The notes: a model not told the origin generated them from the letters alone. Positions 1 through 10,865 are shown, counted from the stretch's first letter. The stretch is 64,000 nt of DNA from Alistipes sp. (GCA_017403125.1 JAFQOR010000013.1:38700-102699), one strand, 5' to 3'. Program-made: numbers and translations.

Positions 1-1
1 C

Positions 2-772
2 ATCGAGGGTGCTCCGTTAGCAGCCACCGAGGTATCGCGCACACCTATTATCAATGCAGGCGACGGCAGCCATAGCCACCCCACGCAGACTATGACCGAC
101 CTACTTACAATAAAGCGTGAGTTAGGGACACTCAACAATCTAACAATAGGCTTCGTAGGTGACCTAAAATATGGTCGCACTGTACATTCGCTAATTAAAG
201 CTATGGCGCGCTACGAGAACACGAAGTTCGTGCTTATATCCCCTCCGGAGTTAGCTCTGCCCGACTACATCAAGCGCGAGGTATGCGACCGCTATGGCAT
301 AGCCTACACCGAGTCGAATGACATCGAGAGCGTAATTGGCAATATCGATGTACTCTATATGACGCGCGTGCAACAGGAGCGATTTACGGACATGGCAGAG
401 TATGAGCGCGTAAAGGACTGCTTTATCCTCGATGCCAAGAAGATGCGTGGCGCCAAGGAGCGCATGGCAGTACTTCACCCGCTACCTCGCGTAAACGAGA
501 TAGCCATAGATGTCGATAGCGACCCGCGTGCAGCCTACTTCCGTCAGGTCGAGAATGGCAAGTTTGTGCGCATGGCACTCATACTGCGACTCTTGGAGTG
601 GCAGCGCGACGAGAGTCGCACCACAGACCACGGTGGCAGGTTTATAGAGGGCTGCAAGTGTCCCAACCCCGTTTGTATCTCGAACCATGAGCCTGTGCGC
701 TCACGCTTCGAGGAGTCGCAGTTCGAGCCGGGAGTGATACGTTGCGTATATTGCGAAACAAAGTGCAACTAA
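2..772 (+). CDS. pyrB: Aspartate carbamoyltransferase catalytic subunit (5' partial) fused to a PyrI-type Zn-binding domain
   Basis: Frame is open from the window edge: [48 protein letters not shown]; C-terminal CPNPVC...RCVYCE. Confidence 0.95.
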   Translation: MEGAPLAATEVSRTPIINAGDGSHSHPTQTMTDLLTIKRELGTLNNLTIGFVGDLKYGRTVHSLIKAMARYENTKFVLISPPELALPDYIKREVCDRYGIAYTESNDIESVIGNIDVLYMTRVQQERFTDMAEYERVKDCFILDAKKMRGAKERMAVLHPLPRVNEIAIDVDSDPRAAYFRQVENGKFVRMALILRLLEWQRDESRTTDHGGRFIEGCKCPNPVCISNHEPVRSRFEESQFEPGVIRCVYCETKCN

Positions 773-793
773 CCTTTTAGTATTCAAACATAT

Positions 794-1168
794 ATGAAGA
801 GATACCACATATTACTTGCCACAGTACTCTTTATTGTTGCATGTGGCGGTGGCAACAGCAAGCAGAGTGACGAATCGGCGGAGCAGCAGACCGAGGAGTT
901 AGCGCCGGGCTACGATATTAACGCAATGTGCGTCGAGGAGGTTGTAAACACCTATCTTCCCGCCATGGCTGATGCTGCTTCCATCAACGACCGAGCGACA
1001 TTCTTGCAGCTTACGGAGGAGTATGACAAGTGGGAGGATAAGATTGTGCGTGGCATGTATTATAGCGACTACTGCGATGCCATCAAGACATGGCGTGAGC
1101 AGAACCACGAGCTTAACCGCATTATCGACGAGTATCGTATAGCAGCCGCAATGCAGCAAGGCAAGTAG
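794..1168 (+). CDS. Hypothetical lipoprotein
   Basis: Hydrophobic signal with lipobox FIVA-C-GGG; followed by a terminator. Confidence 0.7.
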   Translation: MKRYHILLATVLFIVACGGGNSKQSDESAEQQTEELAPGYDINAMCVEEVVNTYLPAMADAASINDRATFLQLTEEYDKWEDKIVRGMYYSDYCDAIKTWREQNHELNRIIDEYRIAAAMQQGK

Positions 1169-1187
1169 CCATCGTTGCCCACATAGC

Positions 1188-1237
1188 AAAACAGACGATA
1201 GGTCGCCCATAGACTTTTGGCGACCTATCGTTTGTTT
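1188..1237 (+). terminator. Intrinsic terminator hairpin, possibly bidirectional
   Basis: acagacgataggtcgcc...ggcgacctatcgtttgt inverted repeat between convergent genes. Confidence 0.75.
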
Positions 1238-1398
1238 ACAAGTTATTTAGCGAGAGTAATCACTGTGGCATACACGGCTTGTTTCCACAATTACATGCCT
1301 ATAACTACTTTGATGATGTTAGCAAGCACTATATTCCCAACATAGCTTTTACCCATGCGGAGAATACATATCATTGACCACGTATATAGTCTTTCTCG

Positions 1399-2031
1399 CT
1401 ATCTTCGTTTTGCGGGGTCGAAAATCATTACGCCTATCGACACACCAATCTTGTTGGGCAACCACTCCGACGAGCCATTAAAGGGGTCGGGCGACGAAGG
1501 CTCCTTCCATGCCGGACGATGCGGATACATGTCGATTACACCATCCATAGAGTAGCCATTATAGCGGCTCTCCATAAACGAATAGCCGAAGAATACATCC
1601 ACTATCCAGCGCTCTGCAAACCTGTGTTCGTAGCCAATGGCAAGACCGAGCATATAGCCATAGCCCTTGCAATAGCGATTCTGAAACTCGATATGCCCAC
1701 CTCGCAGCTCCGGTTTCGACATCTTGAATGCCATGAATCCGGCGTTGGCAGCAACATAGAAACCGTGATTGCTCTCCTTGATAAAGTAGCGATACTCATT
1801 AAGAAAGATGCCAAAGTGCATCGGATGACCATTGATTGATTGCCACGGCGAATAGACAGCCTCGGTCTGGAATGTGGAGTGCTGCGAAAGACGAAACTCT
1901 ACCTGTGGGTTGATGATACCGACACAGGCATACAGACCATTGAGCTTGACATAGTGTTGCGCAGAGCATGGCGTAGCACTCCACATGAGCGCTACAACAG
2001 CCACGACCACTATACCGAGCCTACGCAACAT
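1399..2031 (-). CDS. DUF3575-like outer-membrane beta-barrel protein
   Basis: Signal peptide; KLNGLY...NPQVEF...YSPW...EYRYF pattern with amphipathic strands. Confidence 0.75.
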   Translation of the reverse strand: MLRRLGIVVVAVVALMWSATPCSAQHYVKLNGLYACVGIINPQVEFRLSQHSTFQTEAVYSPWQSINGHPMHFGIFLNEYRYFIKESNHGFYVAANAGFMAFKMSKPELRGGHIEFQNRYCKGYGYMLGLAIGYEHRFAERWIVDVFFGYSFMESRYNGYSMDGVIDMYPHRPAWKEPSSPDPFNGSSEWLPNKIGVSIGVMIFDPAKRR

Positions 2032-2070
2032 CTCCTACGTTAATGGTTTGCACAGATAGCAAACGCTACC

Positions 2071-3042
2071 CTATTTTTCCACGAAGCTGACCTGAGCGGC
2101 ATCACGCCACCCCAAGAGCAATTCTTTGATAGACATGCGCTTCTTACCGGCTAATTGAAGTGATTCGAGATATATCACACCATCCTTGCAGCGCACGCCA
2201 TAATAGCTCTTCAAATCCGTTACGACACTACCCACGCCACACTCTTTACTCTCTGCCTCGAAACGCACCTCGAAGAGTTTCATGGAGCCGACCTCCGCAT
2301 CTCCTATAAAGATAGGCGTCCACGCCGCAGGATATGGCGACAAGCCTCTGACCTTATTAACTATATCGCAGCCACACGACGACCAGTCTATGCGGCAGTC
2401 ATCTTTGAAAATCTTTGGGGCGGGCATCAACTCATTGTCGTTAAAATTACCCTGGTCGATGCAGGCGAAGTCGCCCGAAGCGAGTTTATCAATGGTATAG
2501 CGCACCAACTCCTCGCCAAGCACCATAAGCCTATCATGAAGCGTGCCGGCATTATCTTGCGGCTCGATACGGATGGAGCTCTGCTCCAAGATATCGCCCT
2601 TATCTATCTCGTGGTTAAGCATAAAAGTTGTCACACCCGTGTACTCCTCGCCATTCATGATAGCCCAATTGATGGGTGCTGCACCGCGATATTGCGGCAA
2701 CAACGATGCGTGAAGATTGAAGGTGCCGAGTCGCGGCATAGCCCAAACCACCTCTGGCAACATACGGAAAGCTATGACAATACCCAAATCGGGCTCCCAT
2801 GAGCGGAGAGTCGCCAGAAACTCCTCGTCGCGCAACTTCTCCGGTTGCAAAATAGGCAATCCGAACTCCTTGGCAACGAGCTTAACATCGCTCTCGTGCA
2901 TCTTCTGCCCGCGCCCCGCAGGTCGATCGGGCGTAGTTACAACACCCACAACGTTGTACCCCAACACACATAGCTGACGTAGCGATGTGGCAGCAAATTC
3001 GGGCGTACCCATGAATACTATACGCAACTCTTTGGCCTCCAT
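2071..3042 (-). CDS. fmt: Methionyl-tRNA formyltransferase
   Basis: RIVFMGTPEFA, NLHASLLPQYRGAAPINW. Confidence 0.97.
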   Translation of the reverse strand: MEAKELRIVFMGTPEFAATSLRQLCVLGYNVVGVVTTPDRPAGRGQKMHESDVKLVAKEFGLPILQPEKLRDEEFLATLRSWEPDLGIVIAFRMLPEVVWAMPRLGTFNLHASLLPQYRGAAPINWAIMNGEEYTGVTTFMLNHEIDKGDILEQSSIRIEPQDNAGTLHDRLMVLGEELVRYTIDKLASGDFACIDQGNFNDNELMPAPKIFKDDCRIDWSSCGCDIVNKVRGLSPYPAAWTPIFIGDAEVGSMKLFEVRFEAESKECGVGSVVTDLKSYYGVRCKDGVIYLESLQLAGKKRMSIKELLLGWRDAAQVSFVEK

Positions 3043-4548
3043 TTATATTCTATTTTTGTTTTTACGTTTACGCCTCTTATGCTTACCTATCTTCATCCAC
3101 TCGGGTATATACTTCGATATGCGACGACGCAACTTGCGTATGCGCACGTCGTACCAATCGGTATCGAGCAACGACGAGTCGTTAGTAGCCTTGTAGGTAA
3201 GATATATTGCCACGGGCGTAAGTACAGCCACAGGCAACCACATGCCGTAGAGCGAATCCCACACACCCTCCTTCGCCAACTTCTCGCCAAAGGTACTGAT
3301 AACATAGTAGATGACGAAGAATACGACAGAAATTACGATGGGCATGCCCAATCCTCCCTTACGAATAATTGCTCCGAGCGGCGCTCCAATCATAAAGAAT
3401 AGGATGATGGTGATAGGCAGCGTGAGCTTACGGTGCCACTCGTTATCGACACGATAGAGCTGCGTAAGATACACCTTCGAGCTATGTTCGTCGTAGGTAT
3501 AGGAGCCACGTGCGATGCGTGCCGTGTTGTTGGCACGGCTATAAACCTTCGCATGGTCGCGCATCGAAAGCGTTGTGAGCGAATCGTAGATATTGAAGGG
3601 CTTGTACTCGCTTCTATCAATTTTGATGCTATCTCCCGCCATGAGCAACGTGTCGTACCTAAACACCTGCTGCTTGAAGAGTGGCGAGTAGGAGCCCGCA
3701 TTGCTTCGTTCAATAAGCACAAGCAACGAGTCGCGCAAATCCTCCAACTCGGACATATTACGAGTCTGCGCCTCGCTAAACTCCTTCGAAAGGTCGCCCT
3801 CGCGTCGAGCCACCTTGGCAACAGGGAACGTACCCTTTTGGTTTACAAACTCGTGGTGACGAAGCGTATTCTGGTCGTACCAACGGGTGTTACGAACATG
3901 CTCATAGGTATCGCCATTATAGAGCGTAACGTAGAGATAACTCTTGTCGGGAGCCATGTGAATGTAGCCCGAATCGGCAAGCGTCGTGGTCATGTTGCCA
4001 CTCTCGTCGCGCGTATCGAAGATGATGACATCCGTCAAAAGCTTGGTCTTCTCATCCTGATGTCCCACCCTAATACTCATGTCGGGCAGTCCATTAAAGA
4101 ACATTCCATCCTTAAACTCCAAGTCCTGGCGTTGCTCACGTATATCGAACAAAATATCGTACATACGTTGATTGGCAAACGGAACAAGGTTGTTTACCAC
4201 AAAGAAACTTCCAACCGAGACAAGCGTCACGAATGCAATCAGCGGGGCAAGTATTCGCGGCAACGACATACCCGCCGACTTCATAGCCAGCAGCTCGAAG
4301 TGCTCGCCCAGATTACCCATAGCCATAATAGCCGAGAGAAGCATCGCCAATGGCAGACCCAGAGGGACCATATTTGCCATTGCACATGCCAACAACTCAA
4401 CAATCGTACTTACCTCCAAGCCCTTGCCCGTAAGGTCGTCGATATAACGCCATACGAAGTTCATCATCAGCACAAACTCCACAATGAAGAATGTAGCCAA
4501 CAACGGACCTAAATAGGCTTTGAGAACAAGTTTATGTATCTTTTTCAT
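3043..4548 (-). CDS. LptF/LptG family LPS export permease
   Basis: 3 TM + periplasmic domain + 3 TM; ELLAMKSAG and IGAPLGAIIRKGG motifs. Confidence 0.9.
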   Translation of the reverse strand: MKKIHKLVLKAYLGPLLATFFIVEFVLMMNFVWRYIDDLTGKGLEVSTIVELLACAMANMVPLGLPLAMLLSAIMAMGNLGEHFELLAMKSAGMSLPRILAPLIAFVTLVSVGSFFVVNNLVPFANQRMYDILFDIREQRQDLEFKDGMFFNGLPDMSIRVGHQDEKTKLLTDVIIFDTRDESGNMTTTLADSGYIHMAPDKSYLYVTLYNGDTYEHVRNTRWYDQNTLRHHEFVNQKGTFPVAKVARREGDLSKEFSEAQTRNMSELEDLRDSLLVLIERSNAGSYSPLFKQQVFRYDTLLMAGDSIKIDRSEYKPFNIYDSLTTLSMRDHAKVYSRANNTARIARGSYTYDEHSSKVYLTQLYRVDNEWHRKLTLPITIILFFMIGAPLGAIIRKGGLGMPIVISVVFFVIYYVISTFGEKLAKEGVWDSLYGMWLPVAVLTPVAIYLTYKATNDSSLLDTDWYDVRIRKLRRRISKYIPEWMKIGKHKRRKRKNKNRI

Positions 4549-5375
4549 CTATTGACTATGGTTTTACGGTACAAAGTTAGAACTTTTACGCAAATAAGCG
4601 CACCTGTAAGGATGAATATTATGCAACTTCCCGTAGGGAGGTCATAAATATAGCTAAATACAAAGCCCGCGATGGTCGCTACAACACCTATTACTGCCGA
4701 CCAAAAAGCTATATAACGATAGTCCTTGGTAAAGGTGTTGGATATTACGGCAGGCATGGTAAGCAACGCCAAAAGCAGAATTATGCCCATGACCTTGATA
4801 GATAGGACAATGGTTATGGCAATAACGATAGCCATGACATACGACGACGCAACCGCCCATACACCTTGACTACGAGCATACTCCTCGTCGAAAATCATAT
4901 ACATCAACTTTCGCAACCACACTATTGCCCCCACAACAATAAACAGAGTGAGCCACGATAGGTAGATTATGTCGTTGCTATCCACCAACAATATATTGCC
5001 AAAGAGATAGCTTGTCAGGTCGGTTGCATAGCCCGGTCGCAACGACATGAAGAGCGCACCCGTAGCCATTCCCACAGACCAGATAATGCCCGTCGCCGAA
5101 TCCTCGCGCATGCGACCTCGCCTCGATGCAAACTCGATACCCAACGACGACAACGCAGCAAACGACAAAGCTCCGATAACAGGATTGGCGCCCGCATAGA
5201 GGGCAATACCCAAACCGCCAAACGATGCGTGAGTAATACCTCCACACAGAAAAACCATGCGGCGAGCTACTACGTAGCTACCGACAATGCCACATGTTAT
5301 GCCCGACAAGATGCAGGCTATAAGTGCGTTGCGCAAAAAGTCATAGGCAAATATGTCGTAAATAATCGATTCCAC
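4545..5375 (-). CDS. Metal (Zn/Mn) ABC transporter permease, ZnuB-like
   Basis: GSYVVARRM..GGITHASFGG, YLFGNIL, FDEEYARSQG. Confidence 0.9.
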   Translation of the reverse strand: MESIIYDIFAYDFLRNALIACILSGITCGIVGSYVVARRMVFLCGGITHASFGGLGIALYAGANPVIGALSFAALSSLGIEFASRRGRMREDSATGIIWSVGMATGALFMSLRPGYATDLTSYLFGNILLVDSNDIIYLSWLTLFIVVGAIVWLRKLMYMIFDEEYARSQGVWAVASSYVMAIVIAITIVLSIKVMGIILLLALLTMPAVISNTFTKDYRYIAFWSAVIGVVATIAGFVFSYIYDLPTGSCIIFILTGALICVKVLTLYRKTIVNR

Positions 5376-5514
5376 CCTTCTAAACTATATTGTCTTAAGC
5401 GTGCAAATTTACTTTTTTTTCACGATTGTGCGAAATCTTTTATTAAGAATCGTGCAACTTTTTGTAACTTCGCCCTCGATTTTTAAGATTGTACAACAAC
5501 TTTGAATAACGGAT

Positions 5515-6813
5515 ATGACTCAGAAACGTGTTAGCTTTCACACATTAGGTTGCAAACTCAACTTCTCGGAATCATCGACCCTCGCCCGTCAGTTCGAGCG
5601 CGGAGGATACACACGAGTAGAGCCCTCGGAGGCGTGCGACGTAGCTGTGATAAACAGCTGCTCGGTTACCGAGCATGCCGATAAAAAATGCCGCAACATA
5701 ATTCGCAAAATACACCGTCGCAACCCCAATGCCATAATAGCCGTTACGGGGTGTTATGCCCAACTCAAACCAAACGATATAGCCGAAATAGATGGTGTAA
5801 GCATTGTATTGAGCAATAACGATAAAGGGGATTTATATCAACGAGTAGTAGAGCTTGCCGACAAGGACAAAACCGAGGTCTATGGTTGCGATGTCGAGCA
5901 CCTTACGCGCTTCTTTGCCGCCTACTCTTCGGGCGAACGTACACGCTCGTTTCTGAAAGTCCAGGACGGCTGCGACTACAAGTGCGCCTACTGCACCATA
6001 CACTATGCCCGTGGCGCCAGTCGCAACATCGCCATAGAGGACATCGTAGTCGAGGCAAAAGAGATTGCCGCAGCCGGTCAGAAGGAGATAGTTATAACAG
6101 GTGTGAACACCGGTGATTTCGGGCGCACAACGGGCGAAAAATTCATCGACCTGTTGCGTGCATTGGATAGCGTCGATGGCATCGAACGCTATCGCATATC
6201 GAGCATCGAGCCAAATCTTATAACCGACGAGATTATAGAGTTTTGCGCAGCATCACCTAAATTCATGCCTCACTTCCATATTCCACTCCAAAGCGGCTCA
6301 ACCGAGATACTCGGCAAGATGCGTCGTCGCTACACTGCCGAGCGCTATCGCGACCGCATTGCCAAGATTCGTTCGCTCATGCCCGACAGTTTTCTTGGAG
6401 TCGATGTCATCGTAGGATTTCCGGGCGAGGGCGAGGAGGAGTTTATGCAGACCTACCGCCTCTTGGAGGAGGTTGGAGCGTCGTTCGTCCACATCTTTCC
6501 ATTCTCAGAGCGACCGGGAACACCCGCAGTCAGCATGCCGAACAAGGTGCGTTCGGGCATTGCTACCGAGCGCGTAGCGCGCCTCGAAGAGCTCTGCGGC
6601 AAACTCTATCGCGAGTTTGCAACAAAGTATCTTGGTACCAAACGCCCGGTGCTGTTCGAGAGCACCGACCGCGAAGGCATGATGTTTGGCTATACGGATA
6701 ACTATCTGCGAGTTGTCACCCGCTATTCACCGGAGTTGGTGAACACCATAACCGAGGTTGAGTTGGAGCATCTCGACGGCAATGGAGATATTCATTGCAG
6801 AATAGTTGGATAA
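5515..6813 (+). CDS. mtaB: tRNA t6A37 methylthiotransferase
   Basis: TLGCKLNFSES, INSCSVT, radical SAM GCDYKCAYC, C-terminal TRAM-like region. Confidence 0.93.
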   Translation: MTQKRVSFHTLGCKLNFSESSTLARQFERGGYTRVEPSEACDVAVINSCSVTEHADKKCRNIIRKIHRRNPNAIIAVTGCYAQLKPNDIAEIDGVSIVLSNNDKGDLYQRVVELADKDKTEVYGCDVEHLTRFFAAYSSGERTRSFLKVQDGCDYKCAYCTIHYARGASRNIAIEDIVVEAKEIAAAGQKEIVITGVNTGDFGRTTGEKFIDLLRALDSVDGIERYRISSIEPNLITDEIIEFCAASPKFMPHFHIPLQSGSTEILGKMRRRYTAERYRDRIAKIRSLMPDSFLGVDVIVGFPGEGEEEFMQTYRLLEEVGASFVHIFPFSERPGTPAVSMPNKVRSGIATERVARLEELCGKLYREFATKYLGTKRPVLFESTDREGMMFGYTDNYLRVVTRYSPELVNTITEVELEHLDGNGDIHCRIVG

Positions 6814-6874
6814 TTCGCACAAAAGTATTACTTTTGTCGGGATTTAGCCAAACATAGAATCAACAACCAACGAG

Positions 6875-7702
6875 ATGTTTAAGAAGATTGCAAAGATTTT
6901 CAGCATAAACAGCATGTCGCGTCGTATGCGCGTTGCCTTTACGAGCATCATACTGTTACTCATTTTTTCTGGTGCAATGTCGCTCTTTGAGTTGGAGCGC
7001 GTAGGTCACGACACCGAAAAGATTTTGGATGCCAGCCGCGAAAATATCGAGTTGGCAGAGCAAATGATTACCGCGCTAAACAAGCAGAACAACGCCATTA
7101 TCCACATGGCTGTCATGCGCAACAACTCACCACTCTACATCAACGAGTGCAAGAGCTCTATCAACGAACTTGACCAATCCATAAACATCGCTTGCGAGCG
7201 TATAGCCAAGAGCTCGAAAGAGTCTGCCGACATGCTACGTTCGAGTTCGAACTGCGTGAACACGCTTGCTCGCGAATATGCTACCGGGCAAGTGCATGCC
7301 GAGTTGCGCGCGATGCGAGAGATTGACTCTACAACGACCTACAACACTCACAATTGGTACATCGACCAATACAACGACGAGTACATGGATTTAGCACAGC
7401 GCATCACCAACTTCATGGCAGACTCGCAGGATTTGCTCGGCAACGATGTGAATCAGCTCAGCCATACAGCACAGCGTGCCGTGACACCCGTATTCATATC
7501 GTTGGTCGTGATGCTTGTTGTGGTATTGATGTTCTACTACTTTATGCGCATCTACCTCATTAAGCCCATCTTGCGCATGAATCGCAGTTTAGGCAACTTC
7601 ATAACCTACAAGATGCCTTTCGACAACACTATAAAGTGTCGCGACGAGTTGGAGACAATGCGCGAACGCATCAAAACCATAACAGAAAAACAACAGCTCT
7701 GA
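6875..7702 (+). CDS. Membrane protein: TM, four-helix sensor-like domain, TM, HAMP-like tail
   Basis: Two TM segments flank a helical extracytoplasmic domain; IKPILRM...DELETM tail. Confidence 0.6.
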   Translation: MFKKIAKIFSINSMSRRMRVAFTSIILLLIFSGAMSLFELERVGHDTEKILDASRENIELAEQMITALNKQNNAIIHMAVMRNNSPLYINECKSSINELDQSINIACERIAKSSKESADMLRSSSNCVNTLAREYATGQVHAELRAMREIDSTTTYNTHNWYIDQYNDEYMDLAQRITNFMADSQDLLGNDVNQLSHTAQRAVTPVFISLVVMLVVVLMFYYFMRIYLIKPILRMNRSLGNFITYKMPFDNTIKCRDELETMRERIKTITEKQQL

Positions 7703-7720
7703 TAATACCCTACCAAGGCA

Positions 7721-9166
7721 ATGAGGTTACAGGTTGTCATACGATATATCGGCATGGTATTGCAGTTTATCGCTGCATTTATGCTTGCGTCGGCTGCGGT
7801 ATCGATGCTCAATGGCTACGACTCGAGCTACTATCCGTTGCTTCTTTCGGCATTCCTTACAGCGCTACTCGGTATCTTCCCCCTTATATTTGTTGATAGG
7901 ACCGAGGAGTTGAGCACCAAAGAGGGGTATGCTATTGTCGTAGGTTCGTGGCTTGTGGCGTGCGTCGTCGGCATGTTTCCCTATCTGATATGGGGTGGTG
8001 AGTTCTCGCTTATAAACGCATGGTTCGAGAGTGTTTCGGGCTTTACAACAACCGGTGCCTCCATACTTAACGACATTGAGGCTCTACCCAAGGGTCTGCT
8101 CTTCTGGCGCGCCTCGTCGGCATGGATAGGAGGTATTGGTGTAGTTATGTTTGCGTTGGTAATCCTCCCATCGCTTGGCAAGAGCCGACACATGCTCTCC
8201 AACGTAGAGCTATCGACCATTGCCAAAGACAACTTCCACTATCGCTCGAATGTTATCATCCGCATACTTATCTTCGTATATGCAGGTCTCACGCTTATCA
8301 CCACCCTGCTACTCAAATCCAATGGCATGGGATGGTTCGACGCTACCACACACGCCATGTCGGCATGTGGAACGTGTGGATTTAGCAATAAGAATGACTC
8401 TATTGCCTTCTACGATAGCGCATCCATAGAGGCAATACTCATTGGCGCCATGGTGCTGGCGGGTATCCACTTCGGCATATTGTACGCCACAATCACCGGA
8501 CGCAAAAACAATATTTTCCGTTCGGAGGTCGTTCGCACCTACATAGGCATGCTGATTATTGTATCGGTAGTCATAGCTATCAGTCTGTATCACGACGGCA
8601 TATACTCTTCGTTTGGAGAGTCGATACGCCACTCATCGTTTCAGGTTGTAAGCTACACCACGACATCGGGATTTGCCACGGCTGATACCAACCTGTGGAC
8701 ACCATTAGCCATCATACTGCTAATGTTCTGCACGGTGGTATGCGCCTGTGCAGGTTCTACAGCTGGTGGTATGAAGATTGACCGTTTGCTGATAGCAATA
8801 AAGGTCTTACGCAACCGTATCAAGTTGCAACAGCACCCTAATGCCGTAATCCGCACGAAGGTTGATGGTGTGGTGCAGGACGATGGCGTGTTGAGCCTAA
8901 TTATGACCTTTATCGTGGCATACATCATGCTGGCACTAATAGGCACAATCATCTACGCGATGTTTGGCTATGACCTCATGACCAGCTTCTCCGCCTCGAT
9001 AACATGCTTAAGCAACGTGGGACCGGGCTTTGGCGAGGTGGGTTCGATGAATAACTATGCAGACCTGCCGGCAGCCCTTAAATTTACCTCTACGATGCTG
9101 ATGTTGATTGGTCGTTTGGAGATATTTGGTTTCATCCAGCTCTTCTTCATGAAGTCGTGGAGATAA
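7721..9166 (+). CDS. trkH: Trk potassium uptake membrane subunit
   Basis: FESVSGFTTTG, TTSGF, GSTAGGMK, SNVGPGFG, LMLIGRLEI. Confidence 0.95.
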   Translation: MRLQVVIRYIGMVLQFIAAFMLASAAVSMLNGYDSSYYPLLLSAFLTALLGIFPLIFVDRTEELSTKEGYAIVVGSWLVACVVGMFPYLIWGGEFSLINAWFESVSGFTTTGASILNDIEALPKGLLFWRASSAWIGGIGVVMFALVILPSLGKSRHMLSNVELSTIAKDNFHYRSNVIIRILIFVYAGLTLITTLLLKSNGMGWFDATTHAMSACGTCGFSNKNDSIAFYDSASIEAILIGAMVLAGIHFGILYATITGRKNNIFRSEVVRTYIGMLIIVSVVIAISLYHDGIYSSFGESIRHSSFQVVSYTTTSGFATADTNLWTPLAIILLMFCTVVCACAGSTAGGMKIDRLLIAIKVLRNRIKLQQHPNAVIRTKVDGVVQDDGVLSLIMTFIVAYIMLALIGTIIYAMFGYDLMTSFSASITCLSNVGPGFGEVGSMNNYADLPAALKFTSTMLMLIGRLEIFGFIQLFFMKSWR

Positions 9167-9215
9167 ACAAGCGTAATAGACGCATATTAAAGGAATTAAG
9201 AAGTAATATAAGATA

Positions 9216-10856
9216 ATGAGGCACTACTCATACATAGCTACATCACTACTACTGCTACTTACCGTAGCTCTACCGCTTACTGCCGATGCACTACACAGCT
9301 CACAGAAGCCAACGATAGGCGATCTTGCCAACGACCCCAACTATATGACATTGGTGCGAGAGCGCGAGGTATTGCAGGGACGTAGCGACTCGATAAGCAG
9401 CGCGATAGCCCAAACACGACATCAGTTCGTTTCGATGATTGAGCACGGACGTAGCGACTCGACACTCATAATCAACCATGACAGCTTCTCGCGCCAGATA
9501 CTCTCTCTCGAACAGCAGGTATTTGCTCTGCGCACACAGATAGGAGCGCTCTCAAACTCGATTAACAACATGGAGCGCGAGTGGGTTATGCGCCACTTCG
9601 AGCAGGGCTTCGCAGAAGAGATAGAAGAGGAGGTGAAGACCGATGCCATGCAGGCCGATAGCATCGCAACAAACGACATTGACATCGTGGAGACAGAGCC
9701 CACATACGCCAACCTTATCGACAATCGTTGTTTCCGAGAGTTGCTCTCCGAGGCAGACTATGCAGAGTTGCGCCGTGCACACAATGAGGAGATAGAGATG
9801 GCGGAGTTGGGCAACGACTATTGCGCCATATATGGCAAGATGCGAGGTGCGGCCGAGGAGTATATGGCTGCAACCGACGAGGTGGTAGCCGACAGCATAC
9901 TGACCTCATATTACGATTTGCGCCAGCGCGCCGACTCACTTAATAACGTCATCCATAGCCAATGGAATCATATCCTTGATGCCAAGTACTATGCCTATGG
10001 CTATATCATGGAGATGCAACACAACTACGACCTGCTCGACAGCTCCGCAGAGGAGTTCAACACCATGCAGCAGCAGTGCTCGGCAAACGACGGCATCTAC
10101 GATTCGGACGCATTGATGCACTATGTTGTAGGTCATCCTACGCTCACCGAGTACGAGATAGAGATTGCCGAGGCTCTGGGCTTGTCGCAGTCACGCGACT
10201 CGATAATCACAGCGCGCGACAACATGGCAGCAATCGAGTACCGCCATCTCCCAATAACCGTAGAGCGTCGTCTATTCCTCGATTACTCGCCCATAACCAT
10301 AGGACGCACAAACCACTACAACGATAAGAATCCCGTGCCCGAAGTGAAGGTCTATGAGCGTGGCACCATCTATCGCATACTGCTTGGCACCTTCCGTTCG
10401 AAGCAACCTATGACCCTGTTCAAGGGTGTGCAGCCGCTCTATATCGCCAAGAACGACGAGGGCAAATACTGCTACTATGCCGGAGGCTTCGCCACACGTG
10501 CCGAGGCAGACGAAGCACAACTCTTCCTACGCGATAAGGGTTTCAAAGCTCCGGAGATTTGTGTGTGGATTGATGGCGAAATGACCAACATCAGCGCAGC
10601 AAGCGATGACGATATTGGCATACAGACACCTATTACGGGTATGCGATACACCATAAACATCGAGACCGAACAGTTGGATGAGAGCCTTCGTGAGCTTATA
10701 GACTCGATAGCGGCCGGCAAGTCGCTGTCGCGCGCCAATGGCAAGTTTATAATTGGCACCTTTACGTCGAGTTCCGAAGCTGATGTCATAGTCAGCGTAT
10801 TGTCGGAGTGCTATCCCGAACTTAATATCTCGATTGGCGAAATAGAGCTAAAATAG
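9216..10856 (+). CDS. Exported protein with coiled coil and SPOR-like domain(s)
   Basis: Signal peptide; YRILLGTF...YYAGGFATRAEADEAQLFLRDKGF resembles SPOR. Confidence 0.6.
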   Translation: MRHYSYIATSLLLLLTVALPLTADALHSSQKPTIGDLANDPNYMTLVREREVLQGRSDSISSAIAQTRHQFVSMIEHGRSDSTLIINHDSFSRQILSLEQQVFALRTQIGALSNSINNMEREWVMRHFEQGFAEEIEEEVKTDAMQADSIATNDIDIVETEPTYANLIDNRCFRELLSEADYAELRRAHNEEIEMAELGNDYCAIYGKMRGAAEEYMAATDEVVADSILTSYYDLRQRADSLNNVIHSQWNHILDAKYYAYGYIMEMQHNYDLLDSSAEEFNTMQQQCSANDGIYDSDALMHYVVGHPTLTEYEIEIAEALGLSQSRDSIITARDNMAAIEYRHLPITVERRLFLDYSPITIGRTNHYNDKNPVPEVKVYERGTIYRILLGTFRSKQPMTLFKGVQPLYIAKNDEGKYCYYAGGFATRAEADEAQLFLRDKGFKAPEICVWIDGEMTNISAASDDDIGIQTPITGMRYTINIETEQLDESLRELIDSIAAGKSLSRANGKFIIGTFTSSSEADVIVSVLSECYPELNISIGEIELK

Positions 10857-10865
10857 TAATAACAG

